A DNA stretch of 64,000 nucleotides, taken from NCBI RefSeq assembly GCF_006345805.1, contig NC_042998.1, positions 28,644,001-28,708,000 on the forward strand, written 5' to 3'. A program made the translations under genes and the position numbers. Each line of letters opens with the position of its first letter. Position 1 is the stretch's first letter. The notes beneath the pieces are model-generated. The model worked only from the letters and a program-made list of their open reading frames with translations. It did no database searches and was not told the DNA's origin. Below, one piece after another: positions 1 through 13,148 of this stretch. The DNA is from Octopus sinensis. Its lineage: Eukaryota.

Positions 1-85
1 ACTTATTTTATTACAACTATTTTAATTATGTCTTCTATACCTTATTTACATTTGACGATTATTTGTCCTCATCTTGTTTGTTGTT

Positions 86-131
86 AACACAACGTTTTGG
101 CTAATAAACCCTCCAGCCTTCATCAGGTGTC
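86..131 (-). ncRNA. Minimal type-I hammerhead ribozyme relic (G12->A)
   Basis: Minus strand reads GACAC-CTGATGA-A-GGCTG..TAGCC-AAAA-CGTT-GTGTT: stem I, core, stem II and palindromic ACGT stem III, with GAAA mutated to AAAA. Confidence 0.6.
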
Positions 132-226
132 TTGGTCAAAATTTCGAATCTTGGTTCTCATTCCTAAGGTATTTTTGATGTTGTTGTTATTATTATTATT
201 ATTATTATCATTATTATTATTATTAT

Positions 227-304
227 ATTCAGGTCACTGCTTGGAAGCAAACTCGGGATTTTGGGGTTAGTAGCCCTCATTCTTAACCACAACGCCATAT
301 GCCC
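227..304 (-). mobile_element. Short tRNA-like SINE with (AAT)n tail
   Basis: TGGCGTTGTGGTTAAG A-box-like head, degenerate B box, then GTGACCTGAAT(AAT)n. Confidence 0.45.
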
Positions 305-1069
305 TATATATATGTGTATGTATATTAAATATATATATATATATATATATGTCCTATATATACCCCATATGCCCTATATATGACTATATATATATATATA
401 TCTAAAAAAATATATATTTCTTAATTGCTAAAGTATTAATCGTTAACTTTTAACCGAGATGAACTGTATTCACGCACTTTCTTGCATTTTCTTATATGCT
501 TGTACTGATGAGTTGTGTTTCATCTTCCGTGATGTTATACATGTATATTCTATGTGAAAGAAAAAGCATTATGTGATTAAATGTTCGAGATATGAAATGT
601 TACGTGGATGACCTTGTATTTGTTTGTTCTGCAACCACAGTTTAATATATTTGTCTCATTTAATTGAGCGCTTCTATAGCAATCCTATTAAGCATTTTGT
701 TCCTGATAAGAAATAATCACTGTATTATTGATATATATATATATATATATATATCTATGTATGTATGTATATCTGCATATCTGTGTGTGTGTATGCAGTG
801 TACGTTAGATCAACTTTGGGTGTGATATTCTTCAGAGTTTAGACAAAAACTGTGAAGAAGACGCAAATGGAATGTGTCTGTAATTGAAAGAGTGCAACCT
901 TGTCACATACAGTGAGAACTGTGTGTGTTTGCAATAAGGTAAAAGATGTGTCAGAGGATGCGTATCTCAGTCGCAGGAAGCATAGAACACGATGAGCAGG
1001 TAGTTCTATGGATGCATTGACCAAACAAGTGGAACATTCATTTCAAAACTGACATGAAGTCGTTTTTGT

Positions 1070-1116
1070 GCATACGTACATACATACATACATACATATA
1101 TATATTATATATATAT

Positions 1117-1150
<34 letters not shown>

Positions 1151-1203
1151 GATCCATATATATATACATATTCATATACACCCTATCTATATATACATTA
1201 TTC

Positions 1204-1237
<34 letters not shown>

Positions 1238-1427
1238 TCATATATATATACTACATTTCATATATATATATATAATATATACACCTAAATAGATCTATAT
1301 ATACATGTATATTTATACATACATCTCACATTGTGTGACACATAAACATACAAACACACACACTTATACACACATACTACACATACTATACAAACACAAA
1401 CAATTTATATACATATATTTATTATAC

Positions 1428-1459
<32 letters not shown>

Positions 1460-1538
1460 TATATATGTATATATATACATATATTATAAGTATATATATA
1501 TTACATACATGTATATATCTATATAAGAAAATACACAA

Positions 1539-1570
<32 letters not shown>

Positions 1571-1751
1571 CCGCACACACATACACACATATATGTAATA
1601 TATATATATGTATATATATATTATATGTGTTTATATATATATGTTTTATATATATGTATTATATATGTATGATAATATATATATATATATGTATTTTAAT
1701 ATATATATTATATATATGTATATATATATATATAGTGTTGTATATATATTG

Positions 1752-1785
<34 letters not shown>

Positions 1786-1997
1786 GTTATTATATATATG
1801 TATATATATAATATGTATATATATATATATGTATATATATATATTATATATATATATGTGTATTATATATAGTTGTGTATATATATATGTATATAATATA
1901 TATAAGTATATATATATGTGTGTATATATATATGTGTGTAATATATATATGGTGTGTATATATAATATTATATGATATATAATGTGTAATATAATAG

Positions 1998-2032
<35 letters not shown>

Positions 2033-2050
2033 TGTATATATATACAGTAC
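1070..2050. repeat. Complex (TA)n/(TACA)n microsatellite field
   Basis: Direct inspection; source of the Ile/Tyr ORFs. Confidence 0.95.
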
Positions 2051-2339
2051 ATATATATGCTTGTATCATCCAGCATATCGTATGTTATTACATTACATCC
2101 TCGTGTTTCTCTTCTTCCAATGCAGCAAGGGTTGTCTGAATGTCTCAGTTTTGACATGGTTTCCATGCTTGAATGCATTTCTTAATGCCAACCACTACAC
2201 AGAGGAGGCACACATACACCCCCCCACACACATATGCGTGCCTGCACACACACACACACATGCATGCATGTATGCAAGTGCACATGTCATACAGAGATGT
2301 GGCAAATAATAGTGCCACAGATGATGTATAGCCAGGGAC

Positions 2340-2950
2340 GGAGTGAAAAAAGGAGAAGGAGGAAGACAAAGAAGGAAGAAAGAAAGAAAGGAAGGAAGGA
2401 AGACAGAAAGATAGGGAAGGAAGGAAGGAAGGAAGGAACAAACGAATGAACAAAGGAAGAAGGAAGGAAGGAAGGAAGAAAGAAAGAACAAAAGAAAGAA
2501 AGGAAGAAGGAAAGGAAGAAGAAAGAGAGAAAGGAAAGAAGAGAGAAAGAAACAAAGAGAGGAAGAAAGAGAGAAAGAAACAAAGAGAGGAAGAAAGAGA
2601 AAAAGCAACAAAGAGAGAAGGAAAGAGAGAAAGAAAGAGAGGAAGAATGAAAGAAAGAGAGAAAGAATGAAAGAAAGAGAGAAAGAAGAAAGAAAGAAAG
2701 AGAGGAAGAATGAAAGAAAGAAAGAAAGGAGAAAAGAAAGAAGCAAAGAAAGGAGGGAGGCAACAAATAAATAAGGGAAAAGAAAGGGGCAGAAAGAAAG
2801 AAAGACAGAAAGAAAGAAAGAAAGAAAGGAAGAATGGTAGATAGAAACAATGAACAAAACAAAGGAAAAGAAAAAGTAAAGGAATGAAAACAATGAACAG
2901 AGAGATAGAAAGAAAGAAGGAAAGAAAGAAAGAAGTAAGCAGTGAAAGAC
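2340..2950. repeat. Purine-rich (GAAA/GGAA)n low-complexity tract
   Basis: About 600 bp of almost pure purine on the + strand. Confidence 0.95.
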
Positions 2951-3399
2951 AAGCTTGTAGTGCGTGATTTAATTACAGAACAAAATTTAAGTCTGTATTG
3001 ATCAGTCTAAAATTATTTCCAATCAATCTTCCCTAACCTTCTCTTAACCTTTCTTTTTCCATCACCCGTACTCTCATCTCTCATCTCAATGTCTCTCTTT
3101 CCACCCCAAACTGCATCATTCATCTAATTTGGTATTCTTCAATGTCCAGTTTTATATCTCTTTTTCCTTCACTTCTTTCTTTTCCTTTCTTTCATTTATT
3201 TATATTCTGTTCTCTTCCTCCCCTTCTCCCTCTCTTCCTCCATCTTTCCCACTCTCTCTCTCTTTCTCTCTCTCTTTCATTCCATCTCTTACTATCTCTG
3301 TTCCTCTTCTTTTAATATATATATAGATATACATATATTTGTTATTCTATTATCTTATTATCAGTTTCAACCAGAGACTGTTGCCATGCTGGGGCATAT

Positions 3400-3615
<216 letters not shown>

Positions 3616-3681
3616 TCTAAATGCCTGTGTATATATATTTATAAATATATTTATATGTATATACACACACACACACACAAA

Positions 3682-3717
<36 letters not shown>

Positions 3718-3870
3718 GTGTAAGAGCGAGAGAGAGAGAGAAACACACAGCAGAAAAGGGATAGTAAGAAATACAGTGAGTTTTATAATATATACACACA
3801 CACACACACACACATATAGATATCATCATTCATCATCATCACTGCAAACAAATGTTAAATGATGATGATA

Positions 3871-3908
<38 letters not shown>

Positions 3909-4094
3909 CATATATACACACATATACACATAGACATATTCTTTCATTATTATTTATTTTTATCAATTGCCTCTCTCACTCATTCACCCACTCTCTCTCT
4001 TTCTTTCTCTCTCCTTTCCTCACCTCACTCTCTCTTCCTCTCTCCTATCTATCTATCTAATTCTGTTCAACTGATCTCTTAACATATGTCCCAC

Positions 4095-4550
4095 ACAAAC
4101 CTCCTTACGTCTTGCTATTCATTGGTCAATTCTATTTGATGAGCTCCTGCTTGGCTTTGACCCAAAGGTGACCATATGGCCTACCCATCATCACTTAGGT
4201 CTCTTGGTGTTTGTCTGCCAATAGCATCTTTCCTGGCTTTGACCCAAAGGTGATTGCAACTCAAAACTTCTGCCCGTTTAGTGTTCAGAGTATTTCTGGG
4301 ACACCAATTCACGAATGTTCTGAACCTTCTCAAGATATTGATAGTTGTCTGCTAAGATTTAGCACCACATAACAGGATGGATTTGGCATTGCTATTGGCA
4401 TTCCTCAAGTAAATGTCTGGGTGGTGACTCTGCCTACCAAACAAGCTTTAAAACTTTAAAGGCTGACTCGATTTTCAAATTGACATTTCAAAGTCTTCCT
4501 TACTTCCACCTGTTGTAGACAACATGCTTTCTGGTTACATAAAATGCTTT
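4095..4550 (-). mobile_element. RTE-clade LINE ORF2 fragment (post-RT region), decayed
   Basis: Minus translation gives GGSKEDF..SAFKVLKLVW..NSNAKSILLCGA..RRFRTFVN..WVGH, matching RTE GGT.EDV..FNSNVKSVLLYG.ETW..RWIGH. Confidence 0.7.
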
Positions 4551-4555
4551 GCTTC

Positions 4556-4750
4556 AAAGGATGTTTGGAAAAAGAAGCCTTGAATAAGAACCCAGGAAGG
4601 AAAAGGAAGGAAGACAGCTAAGAATCACCTGACAGAAATTGGAATTGAAGGTCTCAAGGATGACATGAGGGTGATCAAAGTGGAAGCAGTAAAGAAAATG
4701 AGGGAACACACTGGAAGAAATACAATGAGAGATTATGATTGGTCAGGAAT
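4556..4750 (+). mobile_element. RTE-clade LINE ORF2 C-terminus, decayed
   Basis: KEALNKNPG.KRK.R...IT resembles RTE QAL.WNP.GKRKRGRP.ITW. Confidence 0.55.
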
Positions 4751-4974
4751 CCAAACAGACCATCATGATGGTGCTAATCTACCTGTCTGCTTATCTATCA
4801 GTCTGTCTCTCTGTCTACCTATCTGTCTGTCTGTTTGTAGATGTCTGTATACATACATACATACATGGTGGCTGCCCCCTTGTTATCGAGTATGCCCATT
4901 GCACGAAGCTTCATCATGCTGTTATCGTGCAATGTCTGTGCAAGAAGATTTTTTTTTAAAGTGAGGAAAGGCTG

Positions 4975-5420
4975 TGCACTGAGTCAATCCCACTCACTAA
5001 GCAACAGCAGTCATAATCCGAAAAGAAGAACAAGTCAACATCATTGGTAACCACTGAGCCACAGGTTTTATGTCAGAGTTATCCCAGTTACCTGAATTAC
5101 CTTCTCCTAGAAGGATTCCCTAACAAAGGCTAGGAGTCCTCACTCCCAATGGTTTAACTGCGCGATCGGGTATTCAGTCCGATTATTTCTATGTCCCCGT
5201 GCATGATACATCCTTAAGACATTTATTGGATGGCCGTTGACTCTCAAGAGGTCCTCCGCCCTTTGACGAGCTTTGTTTTTGATCCCACAGGGTGTCCAAT
5301 AAACACCCTCCTCACCAAGCAAGCTTGGTGGGGTTGCCAGTTTAGTCGCCGACGACCCGACCATGCAACAGGTTGTACTGCGTTACATGTTACCAGTAGC
5401 ACTAAAAAGTGACCTGATAT
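4975..5420 (-). mobile_element. Probable RTE LINE 5' UTR fragment
   Basis: GGGAATCCTTCTAGGAGAAGG..AACTCTGA..AAACC motif recalled from RTE 5' UTRs; GC-richer than the flanks; two adjacent hairpins. Confidence 0.5.
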
Positions 5421-6034
5421 ACATACATACATGCATACATACATACATACATACAAACATATATACTTACATACATATATATACACATGCATACATACAT
5501 AATAAATACATAATACATACATACAAACATACATACATAATACATACATACACACATACATACATACATACATGCATGCAGACATTATATTTGCACACAA
5601 CCATATCTCTCTATCCATCATTCTACTTACATGTCTACCTGCTATCCTTTTACCCTCGTTAACTCATTTACGCCCATTATTTATTCCTTAAACCATTATC
5701 TCATCTGAAGCTCGAATTTCCCTGTCCATACGTCTCCATCTTGCACTTATTCTCTCATCAACTTTCTCATCATTTATCTCATGTTTTACAGTTCCCCTTA
5801 CATTTTCACATCTCTCAAACTGTCATCATTGTTTCCTATCTTTTCCAAATCTTTCAAACCTATTTAGCCAAGACAGCAACCAATTTAAGTTTCAGTAATA
5901 ACATATGGTTAGGATTTCTTGCCTCGATATGAAACCCACAACAAAACTGTTTTGAATGAATTCATTCAGTATCTAAGCATTACTGGTTTGAGGAGATTTG
6001 TCCAACAGCTGTTGACCACAATAGATTGACTCTA

Positions 6035-6474
6035 GCACAGGAGTGGGTGTGTGGTAAGTAGCTTGCTTACCAGCCACATGGTTCCAAGTTCAGTCCCACT
6101 GCATGGCACCTTCGGCAAGTGTCTTCTACTATAGCCTCGGGCCAACCAAAGCCTAGATAGAAAATGAAAGAAGCCTGTTGTATTTATATATATATATATA
6201 TTGTTATATTTCGGAATGGTCATATTGCCAGTTTAGCCAATAATATATATATATATATATACAACTTATAAACAAGGGCAAAAGAAAAATTATTTCCATG
6301 CCAATATGCTGATAACAGACTTTTAAATTGTCAATTGTATTGGCATGGAAAAAAATTTTCTTTTGCCCTTGTTTTATAAGATATTTATAATTTTAACCTT
6401 TAAAGGTATTTTAATATGTTGCCACTTTTTCGATGAAATATTTTTCTGAAAAAAATGTTCATCCTATATCAGTA

Positions 6475-6515
<41 letters not shown>

Positions 6516-6715
6516 TGTATGTATATGTTTGACCCTCAACATCGCTTGACAACCGATGCTGGTGTCTTTACGTCCCTGTCACCTAGCGGTTTGGCAAGAG
6601 AGTCCGATAGAATAAGTTACTAGGTTTACAAAGAATAAGTCCTGGGGTCGATTTGCTTGACTAAAGGTGGTGCCCCAGCATGGCTGCAGTCAAATGACTG
6701 AAACAAATAAAAGAA
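6035..6715 (+). mobile_element. SINE family B, split in its internal (TA)n linker by fold-back DNA
   Basis: Head with A/B-box-like motifs at 6035-6185; right arm ending GCAGTCAAATGACTGAAACAA at 6530-6715. Confidence 0.85.
6265..6380. repeat. Inverted repeat with ~40-bp arms
   Basis: CTTATAAACAAGGGCAAAAGAAAA..TTTCCATGCCAATA pairs with TATTGGCATGGAAA..TTTTCTTTTGCCCTTGTTTTATAAG. Confidence 0.9.
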
Positions 6716-7404
6716 TACAGCAATCAAACAAGCCATTATATGTGTCTATCATGTCACTCTCATGAAGGTCTCTTGTCACTGTTGTATTCTGAGATGCTTC
6801 TAAGGGATTTTATAGACAGGGAGGTTATCTCCCTTGGTGGACATTTTTAACAATGTATGACAAGAACTTGGCAGCCTTTTGAAATGTGGTGGGAGAAAAC
6901 AAGGATGAGAATGCTGAAGTGACCCAAATAGGTCATCTCTCTGCATGCATCTGTAAAGGGAAATCAAAGTTGAAAGTGATGGCACTTGACCTTAGTGACC
7001 AGGGCAATGTAAATTCTGCAGGTGTCTGGATAGCTTTTAAGGGGTTCCTCTAATTTCTGGACACTTTCTTTGATATTTGAATGTTGTTTTTCATTTTAAG
7101 GCAGTGAACTGGCAAAATGCTTAGCAGTTGCCTTGACATTCTTAGGCCAAATTCCACAGAGGTTGGCTTTGCCTTTCATCCTTCAGGGATTAATAAAATA
7201 AATACCAGTCAAGTATTGGGGTACTTGACTGGTTTTTATAATTGATGTAATAGACTGTCCTTTGCTCACCAAATTTCAGGCCTTGTGCATAGAATAGTAT
7301 GATAGAAAGAAATATATAAATGCAAATAATAAAATTTGCTTGTGAAGACCTATTGAGGCAAGAGTAAGCAAATCACTGACATGGCCTATGACAGTACTGA
7401 CTGA

Positions 7405-7880
7405 TTGGCACTCATGCCAGTGGTACGTTAAAAGCAGATCTGAGTGTGATCGTTGCCTGGGCCACAGATTGGTTCCCATGCCAGTGGCACATAAAAAGCA
7501 CCATTCGAGCATGATCGTTGCCATCATCGCCTTACTGGCACATGTGTGGGTGGCATGTGAAAAGCAACATTTGAGCGTGTTTGTTGCCAGTGCTGCCGGA
7601 CTGGCTCCCATGCAGGTAGCACGTGAAAAACACCTTTTGAGCTTGGTTGTTGCCAGAACTGCCAATTGGCCCTCGTGCTGGTGGCATGTAAAAGTGCCCA
7701 CTATACTCTGGTGCTGGTTTGGCATTAGGAAGGGCATCCAGCTGTAGAAACTTTGCCAGATCAGATTGAGCCAGACGCAGACTCTGGCTCACCAGTCCTC
7801 AGTCAAACCGTCCAACCCATGCCAGCATGGAAAGCAGATGTTAAACAACAATAATGATGATGATGATGATGATGATGATG
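7405..7880 (+). mobile_element. RTE-type 3' end preceded by five ~65-bp tandem units, with (GAT)n tail
   Basis: Units start near 7415, 7479, 7545, 7611 and 7676, followed by AGGAAGGGCATCCAGC..CCAACCCATGCCAGCATGG and (ATG)n. Confidence 0.7.
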
Positions 7881-8040
7881 AATAGCATTAATTTCCAACA
7901 GAAGTCAATCTCAAAGGGGGAGATGTTGTGGTAAGAGTCATTGACACTCCTGTGAGGTTGGAAGAATGGACTATCTGAACTTTTATAGAGCGGAGAGTCG
8001 GTAGCAGTCATTGAGAGGACGTTTTGGTGTCTCACAAATT

Positions 8041-8204
8041 ACATCATGTGAACACATTGATTTTATCTCTGGTTCGTTTAAATTATACATCCCCCGATGG
8101 CAAGGATATAAAAGTGGATCTCATCCTCATCGTCACTTTTATATCCTCGCCATTTTTGGATATATAATTTAACAAACCAGAGAATCAATGTGTTCACATG
8201 ATGT
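8041..8204. repeat. Fold-back element with ~70-bp imperfect arms
   Basis: ACATCATGTGAACACATTGATT at the start pairs perfectly with AATCAATGTGTTCACATGATGT at the end; inner arms also pair. Confidence 0.9.
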
Positions 8205-8481
8205 ACTTCGCAGGGCTCCAAGGAATTTATGTCTCCATTCTATCCATTTGTAATAACAAAATATGAACTCCTATCCGAATCTACATACCATGGACAAGAA
8301 GTCTCAACCCATTCTACACAGCAATTTCCTTGGATAATGGAACTGCAACTGTAACAGCCAACATATATTTTAACTTTTATTTTTGTTCCCTTATTTCCCT
8401 TTATACTTCCTATGTCCATCCTTTTCCAAAATAACTCCTTATACTGAACCTCACTGTTTCCCTCAAGTTAACGCTCATATT

Positions 8482-8530
8482 GTTTCTGATGAAGCAATAT
8501 CCCTAACATCCTAGAAACAGCTGTAAGGCT
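8482..8530 (+). ncRNA. Minimal hammerhead ribozyme relic
   Basis: GTTT-CTGATGA-(decayed stem II)-GAAA-CAGCTG-TA-AGGC: intact core, palindromic ACAGCTGT stem III, GUA triplet. Confidence 0.6.
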
Positions 8531-9081
8531 AAGTTTTTCTTTATAAATGTCCTAAAAATTCCACACAGCCTTGGCTTTGTTGTCTCATTGTATTTGACAT
8601 ATACATGCTCACACAAGACCTGCATTAAACTCCTCACTTGTATCATTATCAAACCGAACATAACCGAGAATCTAACTACAGTCCTATTGTAGCACTTACA
8701 TAGACTTACATGCCATCCTGGGTCTTCTGGATACCAATACCTCTTATATATATATATATATATATTCCTGAGAACATTCCTTTCTTAGTGGTAAGACCAT
8801 AGCGGATCTACTTCTAGCATAATGGGTGTCCATGTAGTGGTCATCCCTCTTCTATGTATGTAATATAATTTTTCTGAATCTTCAGATTTTAATATGCTAG
8901 ACCACTGGTTTTAAATTGATATTAATCAAATTAATATTCAATTTTTCACCCATTGTATTTTAAATTTATATATATATATATATATTATTTGTTATATATA
9001 TATACATACATACATATATATGTATGTATACATGTCTATATATATGTGCATGTGTGTATGTCTGTATATATATGTATATGA

Positions 9082-9120
<39 letters not shown>

Positions 9121-9139
9121 TATATATATATATATATAT

Positions 9140-9305
9140 ACTACACTCATGGAGTGGTTGGCGTTAGGAAGGGCATCCAGCCGTAGAAACACCGCCAGAT
9201 TAGACTGGGCCTGATGCAGCCTTCTGGCTTCAAAGACACCAGCTGAACCGTCCAACCCATGCTAGCATGGAATGCGGACGCTAAATGATGATGATGTTGA
9301 TGATA
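9140..9305 (+). mobile_element. RTE-type 3' end with (GAT)n tail
   Basis: Homologous to 7715-7880. Confidence 0.75.
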
Positions 9306-9344
9306 TATAAATATATGTATATATATATTTATGTATATATATAT

Positions 9345-9637
9345 ATATCTCTCATGTGATCACGTGACCGACCAGGCCATCAGATGTTGTTACACATCGC
9401 TGGTCACAATGCGCTTCGCATTGTTTTAGCTTTCGAATGACGCCACCCCGCTGGCTAAGCGAGCAGGCCAACAGAAAAAAGGGTGTGAGAAAGTGTGGTG
9501 AAAGAGTACACCAGGGATCACCACCCCCTGCCGGAGCCTCGTGGGGCTTTTTAGGTGTTTTCGCTCAATAAACACTCACAACGTGATCCTACAACCGCGA
9601 GTCCGCTGCCCTAACCATTGGGCCATTGCGCCTCCAC
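9345..9637 (-). mobile_element. SINE family C head with alternative tail (C2)
   Basis: Head GTGGAGGCGCAATGGCCC..; tail ends GGTCGGTCACGTGATCACATGA. Confidence 0.8.
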
Positions 9638-9639
9638 AC

Positions 9640-9711
<72 letters not shown>

Positions 9712-9776
9712 ATGTATATATATATTTATGTATGTATATATAGGTATATATATACGTGTATGTATGTATGTACGTG

Positions 9777-9811
<35 letters not shown>

Positions 9812-10149
9812 TTGTATGTATGTATGCCAATATATATGAGGTGTCAAAACTGTCAGAATCCAAAGCAAGATGTCTGCTGAAAGTCAAATTTTTCATTTAT
9901 CTTTTTTTTTGTGTGTTTTAATTATTTGTGCCCTCTTTTCCCCGTTCCTGAGAGCTGACACAAACTTTGCTCACACATTTGATACTGTTAATATATTTAT
10001 CATGCAAACACACACACACACATACATACATATATATATTTTTTTTTTACTTGTTTCAGTCATTTGACTGCGGCCATGCTGGAGCACCGCCTTTAATCGA
10101 ACAACTCGACCCCGGGACTTATTCTTTGTAAGCCCAGTACTTATTCTAT

Positions 10150-10640
10150 TATGTATACATACATACATACATACATCCACACACACATGCATACACACAC
10201 ACATACATACATACATACATCAACACACACATACATACATACACATATACATACATACACATATACATACATACACATATACATACATGCATCCACACAC
10301 ATGTACATACATACATCAACATACACATGTGTACATACATCCACACACACATACACACACATCCACACACACACATCCACACACTCATACATACATAATA
10401 TATAATGCATACGTCCACACACACATATATACATCCACACATACATACATACATGCATGCATACATACATACATCCACACACACATACATAAATACATCC
10501 ACACACACATACATAAATACATCCACACACACATACATAAATACATCCACACATACATACATAAATACATCCACATACACATACATACATACATACACAC
10601 ACATACATACATACATTCACACACACACACACACATACTT
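10150..10640. repeat. (TACA)n/(CA)n complex microsatellite
   Basis: Direct inspection. Confidence 0.95.
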
Positions 10641-10849
10641 GTGTTCTGCTTCAAGTAGTGCCATGTTCAGTTTAAGTTCCAAATGTGTTAGAATTTAATC
10701 TTCATTCTTAACGACCTTTCATATTTTCAAATAGATTAAATTTAAATCGAGTTATCTTTAATATAGCTTACATCCATATATATTCTTGTTTGTGAACATT
10801 CAGAAAATGAAATGCAAAAGGTGACAGTAACTTCGAAGCTTTATTAGTT

Positions 10850-11790
10850 TTTCGTTTGCTTATTTTGTGGCCACATGGTTTCAGTTTTAGTCCCATTGTG
10901 GAGCACCTCAGGCAAGTGCTTTCTACTATAGCCCCAGGCTAACCAATGCATTGTGCGTAAATTTGGTAGCAGGAAACCTATTTCTTTACTACCCACAAGG
11001 GGCTAAACACAGAGAGGACAAACAAGGACAGACAAACGGATTAAGCCGACTACATCGACCCCAGTACGTAACTGGTACTTAATTTATCGACACCGAAAGG
11101 ATGAAAGGCAAAGTCGACTTCGGCGGAATTTGAACTCACAGGACACCTGTCATATGTATACCTGTATGTGTGTATATATACATATATACATATCTGTGTA
11201 TATGTATACATGTGTGTGTGCATGTGTGTGGAGTGTGTGTGTCTTTGTGTCTGTGTTTCCCATGCCAGACATAAACTTACCAGTTCCACTTAAACGGTCC
11301 AACCCATGCCAGCATGTAAAACGGACTTTAAATGATGACATGCTTGTGTGTGAGTGTGTGTGTGTATATATATATATATATGGCGAGCTGGCAGAAACGT
11401 TAGAACGCCGGGCGAAATGCTTAGCGGTATTTCGTCTGCCGTTACGTTCTGAGTTCAAATTCCGCCGAGGTCAACTTTGCCTTTCATCCTTTCGGGGTCG
11501 ATAAATTAAGTACCAGTTACACACTGGGGTTGATGTAATCGACTTAATCTGTTTATCTGTCCTTGTTTTTCCCCTCTGTGTTTAGCCCCTTGTGGGTAGT
11601 AAAGAAACATATATATATAGGCACAGGAGTGGGTGTGTAGTAAGTAGCTTTCTTACCAACCACATGGTTCTGGGTTCAGTCCCACTGTGTGGCACCTTGG
11701 GCAAGTGTCTTCTACTATAGCCTTGGGCTGACCAAAGCCTTGTGAGTGGATCTGGTAGACGGAAACTGAAAGAAGCCCGTCGTATGTATA
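10850..11790. mobile_element. Cluster of SINE A and B copies (A1 minus ~10975-11140, A1 plus ~11381-11610, B heads ~10850 and ~11622)
   Basis: Matches to the other copies in the window. Confidence 0.85.
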
Positions 11791-11911
11791 TATATATATA
11801 TATATACATCTGCCACATTCGGACGGTGCTTTTTACGTGTCACCGGCACGGGTATCTTAGCTACATATATGTGTGTGTGTGTGTGTTGTTGCTGTTGTTG
11901 TATTTAGAATT

Positions 11912-11980
11912 GTCATTTTGCCAGTTTAGCCAATAAAAACACACGCACTGTGTTTTTATTGGCTAAACTGGCAAAATGAC
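11912..11980. repeat. Perfect palindrome, 32-bp arms, 5-nt loop
   Basis: GTCATTTTGCCAGTTTAGCCAATAAAAACACA-CGCAC-reverse complement; a left-arm homolog lies at ~6205-6243. Confidence 0.95.
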
Positions 11981-12041
11981 CATTCCTAAATACAACATCT
12001 GTTTCAACACACGATTTCACATTAAGAATCTTGCAAAACAA

Positions 12042-12076
<35 letters not shown>

Positions 12077-12077
<1 letters not shown>

Positions 12078-12802
12078 CTTGTAGCAAAGAAGCTGACATT
12101 GGCCGGATGCGCACCTGTCAGTGGCTACAGAGTTCAGGGCTAAAGGTAGAGAGTGAAGGCTTCATCATAGCTGCTCAGGGTCAAAGCTTATTGATCTTGA
12201 AGCACTAAGCTAATGTGAGGGAAAGTGGAGCAGATCCAAAGTAGCATATTCTGCAATGACAAGTTTCAAACAGTGGGCACCAAATCTCTAGATTGGAAGT
12301 TTTAGAGTTATGGGGTATAAGCCATGACATGACAGAACTGGCCAGAATCTACACTGGTTAATATGTCAGCATCATAAAATCATATCTGCTGACAAATGAT
12401 ATAAGCATCATCCTGAGGCTGTAATTGAAAGGGAAAATGTAATGATTCTTTGGAACTTTCCAGCACATATAGACCAAAACGTCAAAGCTTATAAACTGGA
12501 TATTGTTGAGAAAGACCAAAACAGTAAAGTCTTTTCATTGATTGACATGATTATCCCTTGTGATCATAATATCTCGGCAAAAGAATTTAACAAGCACAGA
12601 AAATTGCTCAGATTTGCTCAGTGAAATAAAAAAAAAATGTGGTTTTCTCAAGTTGGTTACAATACCAGTGGTTATAGGATCACAAGGGATGAACAAAAAA
12701 GGAGCTGGAAATTTTTTAAGAAAGATGCCTGGTACGTCACATGTGTTGAGAAGAGAGAGCATTGTCACTGCGAGAATGATAATTTTTCATGTAAATAATT
12801 AA
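12077..12802 (+). mobile_element. R4/Dong-like non-LTR retrotransposon fragment (zinc knuckle and restriction-like endonuclease), decayed
   Basis: WLQSSGLKVESEGFIIAAQGQSL..ILWNF..D..V.A.K.DIV..LIDMIIP.D.NI..KE..IPVVIG, with stops and frameshifts. Confidence 0.85.
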
Positions 12803-12940
12803 TTTTTTTTTATTCAACTTTAGTAGATTTTGTAAAGAAACAATCTGGTGTGTTTATTGTAGAGGCTTATTAATAAACTTAGGGTGTTTCTTGAAAAATG
12901 GTAACAAAATTGAGGGAAGAAGAAACATAATAATAATAAC

Positions 12941-12977
<37 letters not shown>

Positions 12978-12979
<2 letters not shown>

Positions 12980-13114
12980 GAAAACAGCACTGCTTGGAAC
13001 CGCTCGAATACTCCGGATGGTACTCGAAAAATAAGAAGTGTTATCTTAACTCATTGGTAGTGGACAGCTGGCAACGTAGTACATCTCCAGCGTTAGGAGC
13101 TGTGCAAGGATAAT

Positions 13115-13146
<32 letters not shown>
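12978..13146 (+). mobile_element. Extremely 5'-truncated R4/Dong-like copy within (AAT)n
   Basis: KKTALLGTARILRMVLEK* plus short 3' UTR, with (AAT)n on both sides. Confidence 0.8.

Positions 13147-13147
<1 letters not shown>

Positions 13148-13148
<1 letters not shown>

Noticed and set aside
839-1024. Coding exon or 61-aa ORF
   Set aside because: Stops in all plus frames and no motif; only a weak acceptor
1038-2309. Many Ile/Tyr/Met/Cys-rich ORFs (also near 10141, 14658 and 30866)
   Set aside because: Translations of TA/CA/TACA microsatellites
6735-7030. LINE RT fragment (MTYLG on minus)
   Set aside because: A single short motif is too weak to assign
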